The notes under the pieces: generated by a model
Seen by the model: the letters and a program-made list of their open reading frames with translations, nothing else
What the model was told of the DNA's origin: nothing
Database searches by the model: none
Source of the DNA: Squalus acanthias
Lineage: Eukaryota
DNA: 64,000 nt
NCBI GenBank assembly: GCA_030390025.1
Contig: CM059432.1
Location: forward strand, 29,576,001 to 29,640,000
Direction of reading: 5' to 3'
Translations under genes and position numbers: made by a program
Shown: positions 11,480 through 24,121 of the stretch, piece by piece
How the letters are laid out: each line of letters begins with the position of its first letter
Numbering within the stretch: position 1 is the stretch's first letter

Positions 11480-12200
11480 TACAACACCAACAACTTCCAT
11501 TTATATAGCGCCTTTAACTTGGTAAAATGTCCCAACGCGCTTCACAGGCGCGTTACCAAACAAAATTTGACACCAAGCCATATAAGCAGATATTAGGACA
11601 GATATCCAAAAGCTTGGACAAAGAGGTAGGTTTTAAGGAGCACCTTAAAGGAAGAGAGAGAGAGCTGGAGAGGCAGAGAGGTTAAGGAGGGAATTTCAGA
11701 GCTTAGGTCCTAGACAGCTGAAGGCTGGATAGGTACGAATTGAACCAGGTGAGGGCAGACTCACCCGGTTTGACAACAGAGGAGAGGCATTGGAGGAGGA
11801 AGGTGCGGTCATTTCGGTACTGTGGCAGGGGCAGAAACCCGATTGGAGGGATTCAAACATGAAGTTGCGGGAAAGATGGGCACGGATTTAGGAGACAACA
11901 ACACGTTCAAGGTCTTTGGAGAGGATAGGGAGGTTGGAGATGGGATGGTAGTTTGCAAGGATAGAGGGGTCAAAGGTGGGGGTTTTTTAGGCGAAGATTG
12001 ATGACGGCAGATTTGAAGGGGAGGGGACAGTATCTGAGGAGAGGGAACCATTACAATATCAGCTCACATGGGGGCCAAGAAGGGAAGTTGGGTGGTCAGC
12101 AGTTTGGTGGGAATAGGTGTCAAGGGAGCAGGAGGTGGGTCCCACGGACAAGATGAGCTTGAAGAGGGCATAATGGGAGATAGGAGAGAAACTAGAGTGA
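11480..12200 (-). mobile_element. L2-clade LINE: 3' end joined to an RT-region fragment
   Basis: (CAA)-like tail plus CATTTATATAGCGCCTTTAAC terminus as at 44730-44760 (reverse complement); - strand around 11810-11860 reads ESLQSGFCPCHSTE. Confidence 0.75.
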
Positions 12201-13014
12201 AAAGGAAGAATAAGTGTATTCCATTGTGTCCCTGCATTTCTCAGTATAGGGCAGATTTCCCAGCCCTGCACTAGACAGGATTAGTGCACAGGCCTGCACC
12301 TTACCAAGGCCTAGCACCAGCAGAAGAGGCATGAGAACAAGACATAGTTCCAGGCCTCCCAGACATGCCTTGGAAATCAGGACCTTCTGGTGATCAGGTG
12401 ATTGGACTAAAACGCCCTGGGGGTAATAATTCGACAGCTTGCCTCCAGGATTCTCACAGGCTCCACAATCTGGGCCTCACCCACTTTTTGTGACGTTTGT
12501 GCTCGTGGGAGATGGGCATTCTGTAGGGATAAAGGTGAGGAAAAGCCACCCTTATACTTTACCGTCACATTATTATCCTTCACCCCATACCCAGAAAGGC
12601 TTTCCCAAGTACCAGTTTCAGTGGTGCTTCTGTAGTATCTACCTTGTGTCTGAAATTTCTTTATTAACCGGTTTCTACTGACATTACACCATGTTTCCTA
12701 TCAGAAAAGTGTGTAAAACATAGAATATGCATAACTGTCTCCTCTCTGAGCACAACACTTAATCCAAAGCAGCAGATCTGACAAAAGGACATTATTTTCC
12801 CCTTGCTAATTTTCTACCAATTTTTCTCTCCTTCCTTCCTTTCGTGAAGATATGGACTTCTTGCTGGGGCCACGGTACCACAGGCACTACCCATCCTCCA
12901 ATACAGCACCTGAACAAATACTGATCCTGTTCTCAGCTGACATCCACAACCACATACATCCAGCAGGGGTCACCGGATAGCAATCGGGAGTAGAAACTCT
13001 GGCTGATTTTCCCC

Positions 13015-13320
13015 CTCCGTCTTTCAGATGAGATGTTAAACCAAGACCCCAAATGCTTGTTGTGGTGGTTCAGACGGACTTTAAAGATCCATTAACTCTA
13101 TTTGAAGAAGATCAGTTCACTTCATGGCCAACGTTACGTCCTCAACCAATAAATAGACTAAATGGTCATTCATCATGTTAATGTTCGTGGGATTTTGCTG
13201 TGCATAAAATGCCTATTAGTCACGCATATAACAACCGTGACTGCACTTCAAAGTAATTCATTATATATGAAGCATGTTGGGACATTTCTGAGACCTGATG
13301 CAATATAAATGCAACGTCCT
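13015..13320 (+). mobile_element. Degraded Deu-domain SINE
   Basis: Diverged match to the central and 3' part of 13360-13815. Confidence 0.55.
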
Positions 13321-13359
13321 TCATTCCTTTCCCCTAAACCCAGTTTTAGCACCCCTACT

Positions 13360-13815
13360 TGTGGCTCCGTGGTAGCGCTCTTGTTTCTGAGTCAGAAGAT
13401 TGTAGGTTTGTAATCCCACTCCAGAGAACTGAGTACAAAATCTGGACTAACACTCCAGTGTCAATACTGAGGGAGTTTTGCACTGTTGGAGGTGCCATCC
13501 TTTGGATGAGGCGCTAAACTGATGCCGTGTCAGGTGGATGTAAAAAGATCCCATGGCACTATTTCGAGCAAGAGCAGGTGTGTTCTTCCCAGTGTCCGGG
13601 CCAATATTTATCCCTCCAACGTAATTAAAAAAACAGATTAGCTGGTCATTTATCTCATAGCTCTTTGTGGGATCTTGCTGTGTGCAAATTGGCTGCCATG
13701 TTTCCTACTTTACAACAGTGATTGCACTTCAAAAAAAGTACTTCATTGGCTGTAAAGCACTTTGGGAAGTCATGAGCTCGTGAAAGGTGCTATATAAATG
13801 CAAGTCTTTCTTTTT
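13360..13815 (+). mobile_element. tRNA-derived Deu-domain SINE (SacSINE1/AmnSINE1-like), near full length
   Basis: A-box-like GTGGCTCCGTGGTAGC head; central GATCCCATGGCACTATTT...GGCCAATATTTATCCCTC; tail GCTATATAAATGCAAGT shared with L2. Confidence 0.8.
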
Positions 13816-15944
13816 ATTTTACTGCCACTCTAGCTGTGATCGGCTAACCCAGCACAACCTGGAGATCAAATTTCCTGGTCTATTTGGCTCAGCTACTCAC
13901 TGGATAAACTCGCTGATCCATTGGGGGAGGGGATCCTTTATGTATTTATTATTGAGAAATTTTAGATGAAATGCTCGAGCCAATAGTGCAGGACACCACC
14001 CCCATCACCAACAGCAACTTTCATTTGTCCCATGCCAAATGTACTAAAGTAATTCACAGAGGAGAAACAGACACTGGCCAGTGAAAGAAGAGTCATGAGA
14101 GGTGACCGAAGGTATGGGTAAAGATGTAGGGTTTGAGGAGGCTCTTGAAGGAGGGTAGGAAGGTGGTGGGACAATTCCCGCACCCGTTTTCAGGGGCAAA
14201 CGAATTTCTAGGCCAAAGTAATTTTTTTAATTTAAAAAGCAATATAATTTTATGAGCTCACCTCTCTGGTAATGCAGACATATTGCAAGACCATCAGAGG
14301 ATTCAATGTCATTCCAAAGGCTGACCCAGAGGCCTACAGATTAATAACATACTCTTTGGCTAAAATCCAAGACCTAATTCACAAGCTGCTGGATTTGCAT
14401 TTCTGTCTGCAATATTAATACCATCAGTTATCTATTTCTAAAGCTCGCTGCCAGGGTACAGACAATGAGGACCTTTTAATGGTTTACCCCAGGCCCCCAG
14501 TCTGATCTGAGTGCCATTACTATTTCCTCTTCAGAATTAATAGTGTAAAAAACAGAGCAAGAACAATGAGCGAAATGATGGAGATGGATATCTTTGCACA
14601 GTGCAGGTCAGGTTGCTTGACACCACTCTTGTGTGTACGTTTTAATTAATGCTTATGGGTTCTCAATGTACTCCAGATACATGCAGCATTCTGCCCAGTG
14701 GGGAAGAGCTTCAGTGATGAGAAGAATGTGTCCACATTTAATCAACAACCTCTGATCTACATACTTGGCTGGACCTTTCAGTGAAATAATAAATGGACCT
14801 GTTTGCAATAAGATTAAATTACCTTCTGCTTTTGTGTGTTCTGTGACCCTCTTGCAGGTTATGGTGACCAGATTTCAGGGATGTCACCGAGCTGGAACGG
14901 TGGAAAAGCGCAGTGTGACTAGCCCGCAGAGGAGATATTTAAGAGAAAAAGAATAGAAGGGAGTGCACTTTATCTAACCGAGGGGTTCAAAACATGTGCT
15001 CTGTCTTCATCCGAGGCACCCCTGAGATCTGATTACTGCGTGTAATCAAAACAGAAAATGTTGAAAACGTGCAGTAACTCAGTCATATGCGAGAGAAAGA
15101 TTTGCATGGACACTAATGTTGGATGCCCTCGAACCTTGTGACATAACCACAAACTCTATACAAGATCCATCACAAAGAGTATAGAGGAAAACACAGTTCA
15201 GATTCAACTATTTCACACAGAGGTTGGTGAACAGACTGCCCAGGGATGTAGTGGAGGTGCAGACTGTTGGCAAATTCAAGAAGGAAATGGATAGATAGTT
15301 GGGAAAGAAAGGGATTGAGAGGGGTAATGACAGAACTTTTGCAATCCCGTACATTCTTCTATTACTAATGGAGAATTGATGAGACTTTCCGATTCATGCG
15401 CTGAGAGGGGAGGGGATGTTCAAGCTCTGCAAAAGCCTAATATGGCCAGAGCACTACTGAAGCCTGGGTCAGGCCTACTGTTAGCAATAGAGTAGGGGGA
15501 AATAGCATGGGCCACTATAAAGGAGTACTGGACTTCACCACAAACCCAGGAGAAGCTGCTGGACAGTAGGACAGCTGGGAGACCAGCTGCAGGTGTGGTT
15601 CAGGAATGATGGAGCAGGGACTCATTGGCACAATTGCAGCGAGCTCACTTGGAGCCGACGTGATGGTGCGGTAAATCTAAGCTTAACGTATCCAGTCACT
15701 GCAGAGCAGCAATCAACAGATCAAAGAGAATATCGGTAGAGACAGTCACAGGATGTCAATCTCAAACAGTATACTTGCCCTGGTCAGACCACATCTAGAG
15801 TGTTGTGTCCAGTTTTTGGTTACCAAAGCATAAGGGAAACATTCAAGCCCTTCATTTAGAGCAGAGAAGAGGCTTAACCTGACAGCCAGGGGGCTGAGCT
15901 GTCAAGAAAGACTGAACTAAAGGTGGCATAACATAGAAGTATAT

Positions 15945-16320
15945 AAAGAAAGAACTTGCATTTACATAGCGCCTTTCATGACCTCAGGATGACTCAAAGC
16001 ACTTAACAGCCAATGAAGTACTTTTGAAGTGTAGTCACTGTTGTAATGCAGGAAATGTGGCAGCCAATATGCACACAGCAAGCTCCCACAAACAACAATG
16101 AGATAAATGACTAGATAATCTGTTTTAAGTATTGATTGAAGGATAAATATTGGCCAGGACACCAGGAAGATCTCCCTTGCGCTTCTTCGAACAGTGCTGT
16201 GGGATCTTTTCATCCACCTGAAAGGGCAGACGGGGCCTCATTTTAATGGCTCATCCGAAAGACGGCACCTCAGACAGCACTCCCTCAGTACTGCACTGAA
16301 GTGTCAGCCTGGATTTCTTT
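15945..16320 (-). mobile_element. Deu-domain SINE
   Basis: Reverse-complement match to 13450-13815. Confidence 0.8.
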
Positions 16321-16981
16321 GTCCTTCAGCTCTTAACAGAGCACAAATCAGTTTAAATAAAGGTAATCGATCCCCTCCAAGGTTGAATGCATTAGTCTAG
16401 ACAAGTTATCGGGGCATTCTGGGGCCGGCTGAGATCTGGCATGAGTTCCATTGAGGCTATACAAGGGCATAATGGGCATAATGGGCATAATTCCTAGGGG
16501 AACCTGGGAACTCCCTCGGAACCCAACCCTCATACAGCCAATGACAGTGGAGACACAATTTCCGTGGGTCTCTCAATCTGCCAGTGGAACACTGACCTTT
16601 CTGTGACCTGCTGGGCATGCTGATCCAGTTCAGTGTGTCAGCATAATAGCACAATGGCACTATCTGAGGCTTGGGATTGGCTCAGTGTCAAATTCTTAGG
16701 TCTGTCTGCTGTTTACCCCACCACACACTGTAGAGGGATCTGATTTCCCGAAGAGCGCTCCCTGCCAGTGCCACTCTTTGCTGAGAGCGCCCAGTTGGCC
16801 CTTAACGTCTCTTTATACTTTTATTCGATTTGTCTAATAGGTGCACTGCCAAACCTCCATGCTGTTCCAAATTATAGACAGCTTGATTCTTTTTTTAATT
16901 CATAATGAAGGAGTTTGCAAGAGATTGTGATTTAGGTGCTAATGGTAACACTCTTTAAAATGGGCCCTGAGGGTGAGGTCT

Positions 16982-17093
16982 GGCCAGGAATTTCTTCCGA
17001 GGCGCTCCCGCTCTGCGAACTTTGCCAGAAGTGCGGCTGAAACCATGGAGTATCCACTTCACTTCCGGCCAAGCTCCGAAGAAATTCCTGGAC
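16982..17093. mobile_element. 112-bp MITE
   Basis: TIRs GGCCAGGAATTTCTTC / GAAGAAATTCCTGGAC (15/16); TCT on both flanks (3-bp TSD). Confidence 0.7.
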
Positions 17094-17656
17094 TCTGTCT
17101 TTAAAAGAGGTCTTGATGTTAAGACTCTATTTTAGAAGGGATTTCCAATTGCGAGACTTCCTCTTTACTGATAGTAAGATTCTTTCCCACTTTAACAATC
17201 ATCAAATCTCTTTAAAACAAACCGTCAGTCCAAATAAACTTTGAGCCATTGGCACTAGATGGACCCAGTCAATGCAGCGAGTCCCCATTAATGAGATGCA
17301 TTCAATGAATCCACGTCAGATACAATTATTCAGTCGTTATGTCATAATCAGTGTAAATGATCAATCAGACTGAAATTATCATCAGGAGGATATTAACCCA
17401 ACACAAGGAAAATGATGAGAAGAATGTGTTTGCTCTTCCATCCACTGATAATAGGTATACCATTAACGGCTAAGCGCAATCCTGTTAAAGTAATATCGAG
17501 GGCGATCCAAGAGCGGAAGGGGTCACACGATGTGGGGAGGGGGTATTGGAACGCCAATTGAAATAATTAGTCAGGTGGAGAATTCTCAGATAAATCCAAC
17601 TCTCACAGGTTTCCAGCAGCAAGATTCAGTTTACTTAAAAATCCAGTGTATATCAT

Positions 17657-18332
17657 GGCCTAGAAATAGGAATGGGTTACGCCACTTTTACAGGCAGGCA
17701 GGCAGTGTCTGCACACTCATTCTGGAGCAGAAGTGCACCGCATGCCACGTTGTGTAGGGCTGCTCAGTTGGCGTCCAGGGCGGGTGCCCGAAACTGGTGT
17801 TAGGCCCCATTGTATATGCAACTCAGGGCGTTACGCCTGTTTCAGACCCCTTTGAGAAATTGGTTTGCGACTGACTGCAGGATGCGCTGTGCCTGCTGCG
17901 GTCAGTTTTTTCGGGCACTCAGCAGCCAAACCAAGGGTCCTTATAGGGACTGCTGGAGGCTGTCACCCAAAAGGTAAGTTTAAAGTTTTTGACTTATCTT
18001 ATTGTGGCGTTGGATGGAGCAGGAGTGCCCTTCCCGGCTCCACATAAAAACCGTGGGCCCACTGCCAGCCACCATTTGCCTCCCCCCCCCCTTTCCGGAT
18101 TGCCTCCCCCTGGGCTCTCCTGAGACCCTCAGCCGGTGTCCAAGCAGGCAGATCCTGCCGCTCTCTCCCCCACCCCCGCAACTGGCGAGGTGCTTCTGGT
18201 GCCATGAATAGTGCCCCTAACTCATCAGTATTCTCTTAATGAGGCCGGCAGACCAATCTGTCATGGTCCTGCCACCGGCCTCATTAGGCGCTTACAGTGT
18301 GCGCTTCACTGGGTTGCACCAGTTTCTAGCCC
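17657..18332. mobile_element. Harbinger-type MITE
   Basis: Ends GGCCTAGAAATAGG / CCAGTTTCTAGCCC (11/14), similar to the TIR of the two-gene elements; GC-rich; no clean TSD. Confidence 0.6.
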
Positions 18333-18784
18333 TTGTATCTTACCCCTCTGAGCTCCGTAGCCCAGTTTTCTGGTCCGAATGCTGTTCAAGCATTGGGTCC
18401 ACTGACTGTATACTCACTCGCAGCTACCCTGTCAGGCTTTCACATATGAAAAACAGTGGTTGGCCTACTTGCAATGTTGGTTCTGCCTCCAAAATGGAGG
18501 CTAGAAACCAGAAGAAACCAGATGTGTGAAAGGTTTAAAACTTAAGTGTAAATTCATTTATCCTGTACTGCTGGGGGTTGCTGTGATAGAAGGCAGCGCA
18601 GGTCAGAAAATCGACACTACACTGTTGTTGCCTGGTCTCTGACCCATTTTCTTTTGAATGGCTGACTGCTGGGATCACTGGATTGGTGAGTTTGCTCTTT
18701 AAATTTGTAGGAATAAAAGGATAAATTGAGCAGTAAAAAAGTTAAATTAAAATGAATAAAATAGGGTAGAGAGAGAGAATAAGG

Positions 18785-19370
18785 AAGAAAGCACTTTCCA
18801 CAACCTTAGGATATTGCAAGGGATTTTACAGCCAATGATGTACTTTTGAACAAAAACAAAATACTGCAGCTGCTGGAAATCTGAAATAAAAACAGAAAAT
18901 GTTGGAAACACTCAGCACGTCAGGCAGCATCTGCGGAGAGAGAAACAGAGTTAACGTTTCAGGTTCTGACGAAGGGTCATCGACCTGAAACGTTAACTTT
19001 GTTTCTCTATCAACAGATGCTGGATGTACTTTTGAAGTTGTAATATGAGGAAATACAGCAACCAATTTATGCAGAGCAAGTTCGCACAAACAGCAGAAGA
19101 TAAATGGCCAGGCAATCAGTTTTAGTGATGTGGGTTAAGGGATAAATATTGGCCAGGACACTGGGAGAATTCCCCTGCTCCTCTTCGAATAGTGCCATGG
19201 TATCTTTTACATCCACCTGAAAAGGCAGGCAGAGCCTCAGTTTAACATCTCGCCTGAAAGGATCCCTCAGTTGTACACTGAAGTTATGCGCTCCAGTCTC
19301 TGGTGTGGGACTTGAACCCATAACTTTCTGACTGAGAGGTGAGAGTAGCATCAATGAACCAATGCTGACA
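18785..19370 (-). mobile_element. Deu-domain SINE interrupted by a Penelope-like insert
   Basis: SINE sequence resumes after the 14-bp TSD; B-box-like GGACTTGAACCC at ~19308-19319. Confidence 0.78.
18851..19022. mobile_element. Short Penelope-like terminal-repeat insertion with internal inversion and hammerhead motif (18962-18998)
   Basis: Perfect 14-bp TSD GATGTACTTTTGAA at 18837-18850 and 19023-19036; contains CTGACGAAGGGTCATCGACCTGAAACGTTAACT. Confidence 0.85.
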
Positions 19371-19939
19371 GCTGCAGGTGCACTCCTAAAGTAATTCCCC
19401 CCTTTCCAGTGAGGGACGTGCCATTTCAAAAAGCCTCTACACACTGCAAGGTTCCAGACAGAGGTTGCCAGACCCACAATAGTTAGATTAATTTGATTGG
19501 ATGAGACTTAAGGTTGCTGCAGGAGACAAAGGCTTGAATTTTAGGATATACTCTGGTCTGAGACCAAACTACCACAACTGGGTGGGGTGGGGTGGGGTGA
19601 GAGAGATAATGCAGGATGGGGGATAAAATAAGAAGAGTAAATTCTGCAAATACACAGCAGATCAATCAGCATCTGTAGCGAGAAAAGGCAAGTTAACATT
19701 TCAGATATAGACCCTTTCTGGGGAGGCTGCCTGGATGGAGCGGTGCATTTTGTACATAAACCCTACTCTTTCCTTTACTTGACATGTGGCCTCTCAGCAT
19801 CTATGCTGTCAAGCCCGCTCAGAATCTTATATGTTTCAATGACTGCTCATGTTTGCTGTCACACCACTTAAAACCTAACATTTCTGAATGAAGCTGGCTT
19901 AAAACTGCCAGAATTCCTCAAACTATCCTATCTTTATAG

Positions 19940-20080
19940 GTTGCAAAACCTACCTCTAATTGTCCTAATATCTGGTTATGTGACTCGGTGTCAAATTTTG
20001 TCTGATTATGTTTCTGTGAAGTGCCATGGGACGGTTTTACTACGTTAAAGGCGCTATATAAATGCAAGTTGTTGTTGTTG
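19940..20080 (+). mobile_element. L2 3' end
   Basis: GGCGCTATATAAATGCAA(GTT)n terminus, same type as 44730-44760. Confidence 0.75.
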
Positions 20081-20271
20081 TGTCATGAGCCAGAAATCTT
20101 TGTCAGTTGCACACCTTGTTATGACCATATTCAGACACAGTCACCAAAGGGCGCTGTTGCACTGCTGTTCCTGTCTCGGGTGAGTGACCTCTGGGCCATT
20201 TTTGCTTTTCATTCAGGTGCCAGCCACGCGGATGAAATATAAAAGAGACAGAGCCTTGCGGATGAGACATT

Positions 20272-20720
20272 AAACCGCTCAGTGGTAGCACTGTCGCCTC
20301 TGTATCAGAAGGTTGTGGGTTCAAGTCCCACTCTAGAGACTTGAGCATAGAAGTCCACTGCAGTACTGGGGGAGTGCTGCACTGTCGGAGGTGCCGTCTT
20401 TCGGATGAGATGTTAAACTGAGGCCCCATCTTCCCTCTTAGGTGGAAGTAAAAGATCCCATGGTGCTACTTTGAAGAAGAGCAGCAGCGTTCTCCCGGTG
20501 TCCTGGCCAATCTTTATCCCTCAACCAACATCACTAAAACAGATTATCTGGTCATCATCACATTGCTATTTGTGGGAGCTTGCTGTGCGCAAATTGACTG
20601 CTGCGTTGCCTACATTACAACAGTTACTACACTTGAAAGTACTTCACTGGCTGTAAAGCACTTTGGGATTTCTTGAGGTTGTGAAAGGTGCTATGTAAAT
20701 GCAAGTACCTTTCTTTCTTC
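20272..20720 (+). mobile_element. Deu-domain SINE, near full length
   Basis: GCTCAGTGGTAGC...GGTTCAAGTCC pol III A/B boxes, Deu centre and L2-type tail. Confidence 0.82.
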
Positions 20721-20999
20721 TTGGTGTCCATGGCAGAAAACCCACCAATAAAGATCATTTGACCATGTGGACAGATGTGGCACTGCCATTGAGTACTAAT
20801 TCGTTCACCAGGACTGCAGACCAGTGCCATAAAACCTGACCAAGGCAGGCAAATGAATACAATGGCCACATTCTCCTTTCTTCCTTGGATACTCTGGGAA
20901 CCAGCACACTCTTCACCCTATAAAAGTAAGAGCTGTACAACTAACCCTTTGCAGTGCACTCTGGTTAAGGGGGGGGCACTGCCTCATGATCTTATGGCT

Positions 21000-21960
21000 C
21001 CCCATCTCCCAAACAGCAATTACTTACCATGCACAACCCCTAAATCCTCTTCTTCCACTTCAACAAGGTGATACCCCCACATCTCTTACTTCAGCTTTCC
21101 CATGCCACTTGGCACACACTCCTCAATGGCCAGCCTTCACTTAATTTGCTCATGTTCCAGGTGAAAATGGCACACAATGTCTATAAGAGGCAGGCCACTG
21201 GAGGGAGCCTCCCCAACCTGAAACATCTCATGCCCTACAAAGAGAAGGCCTTGGAGCTTGTGAAGAAGCACTCTACTCTTGCCATGGGAGATGGCAAAGT
21301 TGATTGGGGGGGCGGGGGGTACATTGGTAATGACTGAGCACCTACCCTATCGTCATGGCATCCTTATGAAGCATCACAAGACCACAAGCTTCCACCCCCT
21401 TCTATGTCTCCTTATTCTGAGATGTTATTGCTCACCCATTCTTAGCTTGTGTCCTGCAGATCCACCACAGCAGGAGGAGGAAGATGATAATGGTGTTGAT
21501 GGTTATGATAAGAAGGATGAACAGAACCACAACTACCTCCTTGTGAATGACGATGATGAGGAAGATGAAGAGGATGATGATGAATAGGGAGATGAAGGAG
21601 ATGAATTTGAACTTAAGCCCATCCATGAGTTCCTGCAGAGGCCACCTATGCTACCCCAGTCCCAAACCTCTCGAACTCACCACTTCATCACTTGCTTTTT
21701 CACTCCCAACACCAGATCAGATACCTTCACCCAGGAGGGAACAATAGATAGCGGCAGTGATTCACAGAGCACAAGCGAGTGGAAGGAGTGCAGAGTGGTC
21801 GAGGCTGACGAAAAGGCTGCCTATAGCTTCAGATTCATGGGATGCAGAACTCATGGGGACTCCTCTGAAAAGAAAAGAATCCCTGAGGAGCATCGTACCA
21901 GCATGCAAGCTGCGGTCAATCTCCAAGGATATGCAGAAACGGGCAGGTGTGACTTAAGTC
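21000..21960 (+). pseudogene. Old Harbinger Myb/SANT-gene remnant (exon 2 and acidic exon 3)
   Basis: TTCCAG acceptor at 21160, then VKMAHNVYKRQATGGSLPNLKHLMPYKEKALELV (cf. AKVVHNRREQKRTGGEQADTQPLSALENRVLQI); second acceptor CTGCAG at ~21459 precedes an Asp/Glu-rich tract. Confidence 0.6.
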
Positions 21961-22964
21961 TACAGCATAAGTGATGCGTCAAAGAGCTCAAGAGAACTTT
22001 GCAAATGAGCTGACCGGAGACATCTGTTCATTTGTACATAGGCATACATAACGCTAGCGTGCAGTTGCAGCACCTATGGAAGGGGAGGAGGGCGGTACAT
22101 TTTTTGGACCCTGCTGTTAAGGATCACACATGGCCACTTGCATAAAGTACTGGAGAATGTTTCATGGTAAGTCAGGAGACAATGGGAGTAAATTAGGGAG
22201 TTGCAGGGGAAACAAATCTTTTGACACAGTCAGACATGTATGGTGTTGCTAAGGTTTGCTGCAGCCTCCTCTCTCCTAGTATTAATAGCGATTGTGCAAG
22301 GAGTTGTCCATCAGATAGAGTAATTGACCACATCACAAGACACATCCATGGCGCTGGGCATCACGCCAGCGCTTATTAAGTGCTGCTACTGTAGAAAACT
22401 GATGTGACTCTCCCCTCCCCTTCCCTTCATTGGGGAGAACTGCAGCTTTTCCAGGTCACTGCCTGTGCCAGAGCGGTAATCCCTGTTACAGCAGGCAATG
22501 AGAGGATTTAAGCTTCTTCTCTGTTCATGCTGGGCGAGTGATACAGCAATTAGCAAGAGTCCAGCTCACAGCCACACAGCTCTGCTGAATTAGCAACATG
22601 TTTGAATGCGATAAAAAGCCAGGGCTTGCCTAACCAGAGCCTACCAAGGTAATCCTCTTCGATTGTGGAGTGAATCATGCAACATCCTCTTTGCTTCTTT
22701 TCACTCTCTCTCTCTGAGAGTCTCTCTAACCCTGCTTAGGTATTCCCTCCCCTTCCCCACTCTTTTTCACATTAGAATTTTCCTGGAGAACACTGGTCCC
22801 AAATTCCATCAGTTTCTTAATAAGATGAAGTCTATTTGCGGACAGCAGTAAGAAATCAAGAAGATGCAATCAGAGGGCCGTGTAACAAAGTATCCAATAC
22901 CATTATTTATTCCAAGTGCTTGGATTTATTTTTTCTCTCAAACAATTGATTGAGCTGCATTACC

Positions 22965-23200
22965 ATGCATTTTGCGTGTGCAGGCATGTGCAGCAAGAAC
23001 ACCTGTGTGTAGGTGTGTGTGCCTGTGTTTGCATACCTTTGAACCTGTAAACAAAAGTGTGTGTGCACACGTGCAAATGTGTGCATGCATGTCTTGTGTG
23101 TGCATTTGTCAGCGCATGCACATGTGTCTAAGTGCAGCTACATGCATATGTCTGTGCATGTGTGTCTCTGTGCACATGCGTGTGCTTCTATTTGTACACA
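22965..23200. repeat. Degenerate (TG/CA)-rich low-complexity tract
   Basis: Alternating purine-pyrimidine runs. Confidence 0.7.
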
Positions 23201-24121
23201 AAGCTGCAGGTGACAACCAACAGAAATGACAGAAATGGGTTGTCTCGATTTAATGTTCTGTATTTCTTCAGAAGGTTACTCCCCTTGACCCACTGTTCAA
23301 AAGGATATTGTCAAGAGGATGCTGCAATGGATTCACACATTTTAGGAAGTTAGATGTTCGCCAATCTGCTAGTGAGAGGTTTCTGCCTGTGTAGCAAGGA
23401 CTCAGCTTATCTTATCAGTTGTCTAATGACCAATTAGTGATTATCCTCCTTGGCACAAGGGTCTTTTTAGGGTCAATGTGACTCCAAGATAACACATCCT
23501 GGTGATGGAAGTTCAAAACCAAGCCAAATCTTTTTGGCACGCTTGGAAATCCGAAACCTGAGTAAGACAAGTCCGCAGTATTCTCGGCACACTTGATGAT
23601 TGAACAGCCAGCTTGGCTCAGTAATGGAGCCTAGCGGGTTAGCCATATCACTAGGGGTACTCAGCTCCAGATAACCCTCCAAACCAATGCCCTAACAAGC
23701 AGGGTTGTCCATACTATGCATGCAGCAGGAAGTGTACCAGTACTTTGTGGTGGTTAGCGGTGTATTTTTATTTGATTAAACTCCACAGGCTAGAAATTCA
23801 TTATAGCCCAGGAATGGGCGGTATCATTAGAAAAGTTGGAGAATTTGCTCCAGGCGCTAATGCTTTAGACTGCACGCAAAATTCATTCTCACTGCTCAAA
23901 GAAATGATGGGAGACCTAATTCAAGTCTTAAAGCCAAAGCTCATTGGACCAATATCAGGTCTAATCACAAGTCATGATTGCCATAGGCTTTTTTCAGTAC
24001 TTAAAGGGGACGTTCATTCATGCTGCAGCACCTCATTCTCAGCATTGCTGGCTGTGCAGTTGCCTCAGTAAGCAGCAGCAGGTCAAGGAGAAGGAGGCGG
24101 AGGACTGAAGCAGCTGTATTC

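Noticed and set aside
16466..16492. GGGCATAAT x3
   Set aside because: Ordinary short slippage repeat.
22972..23229. Cys-rich ORF
   Set aside because: Translation of a TG-rich low-complexity tract.
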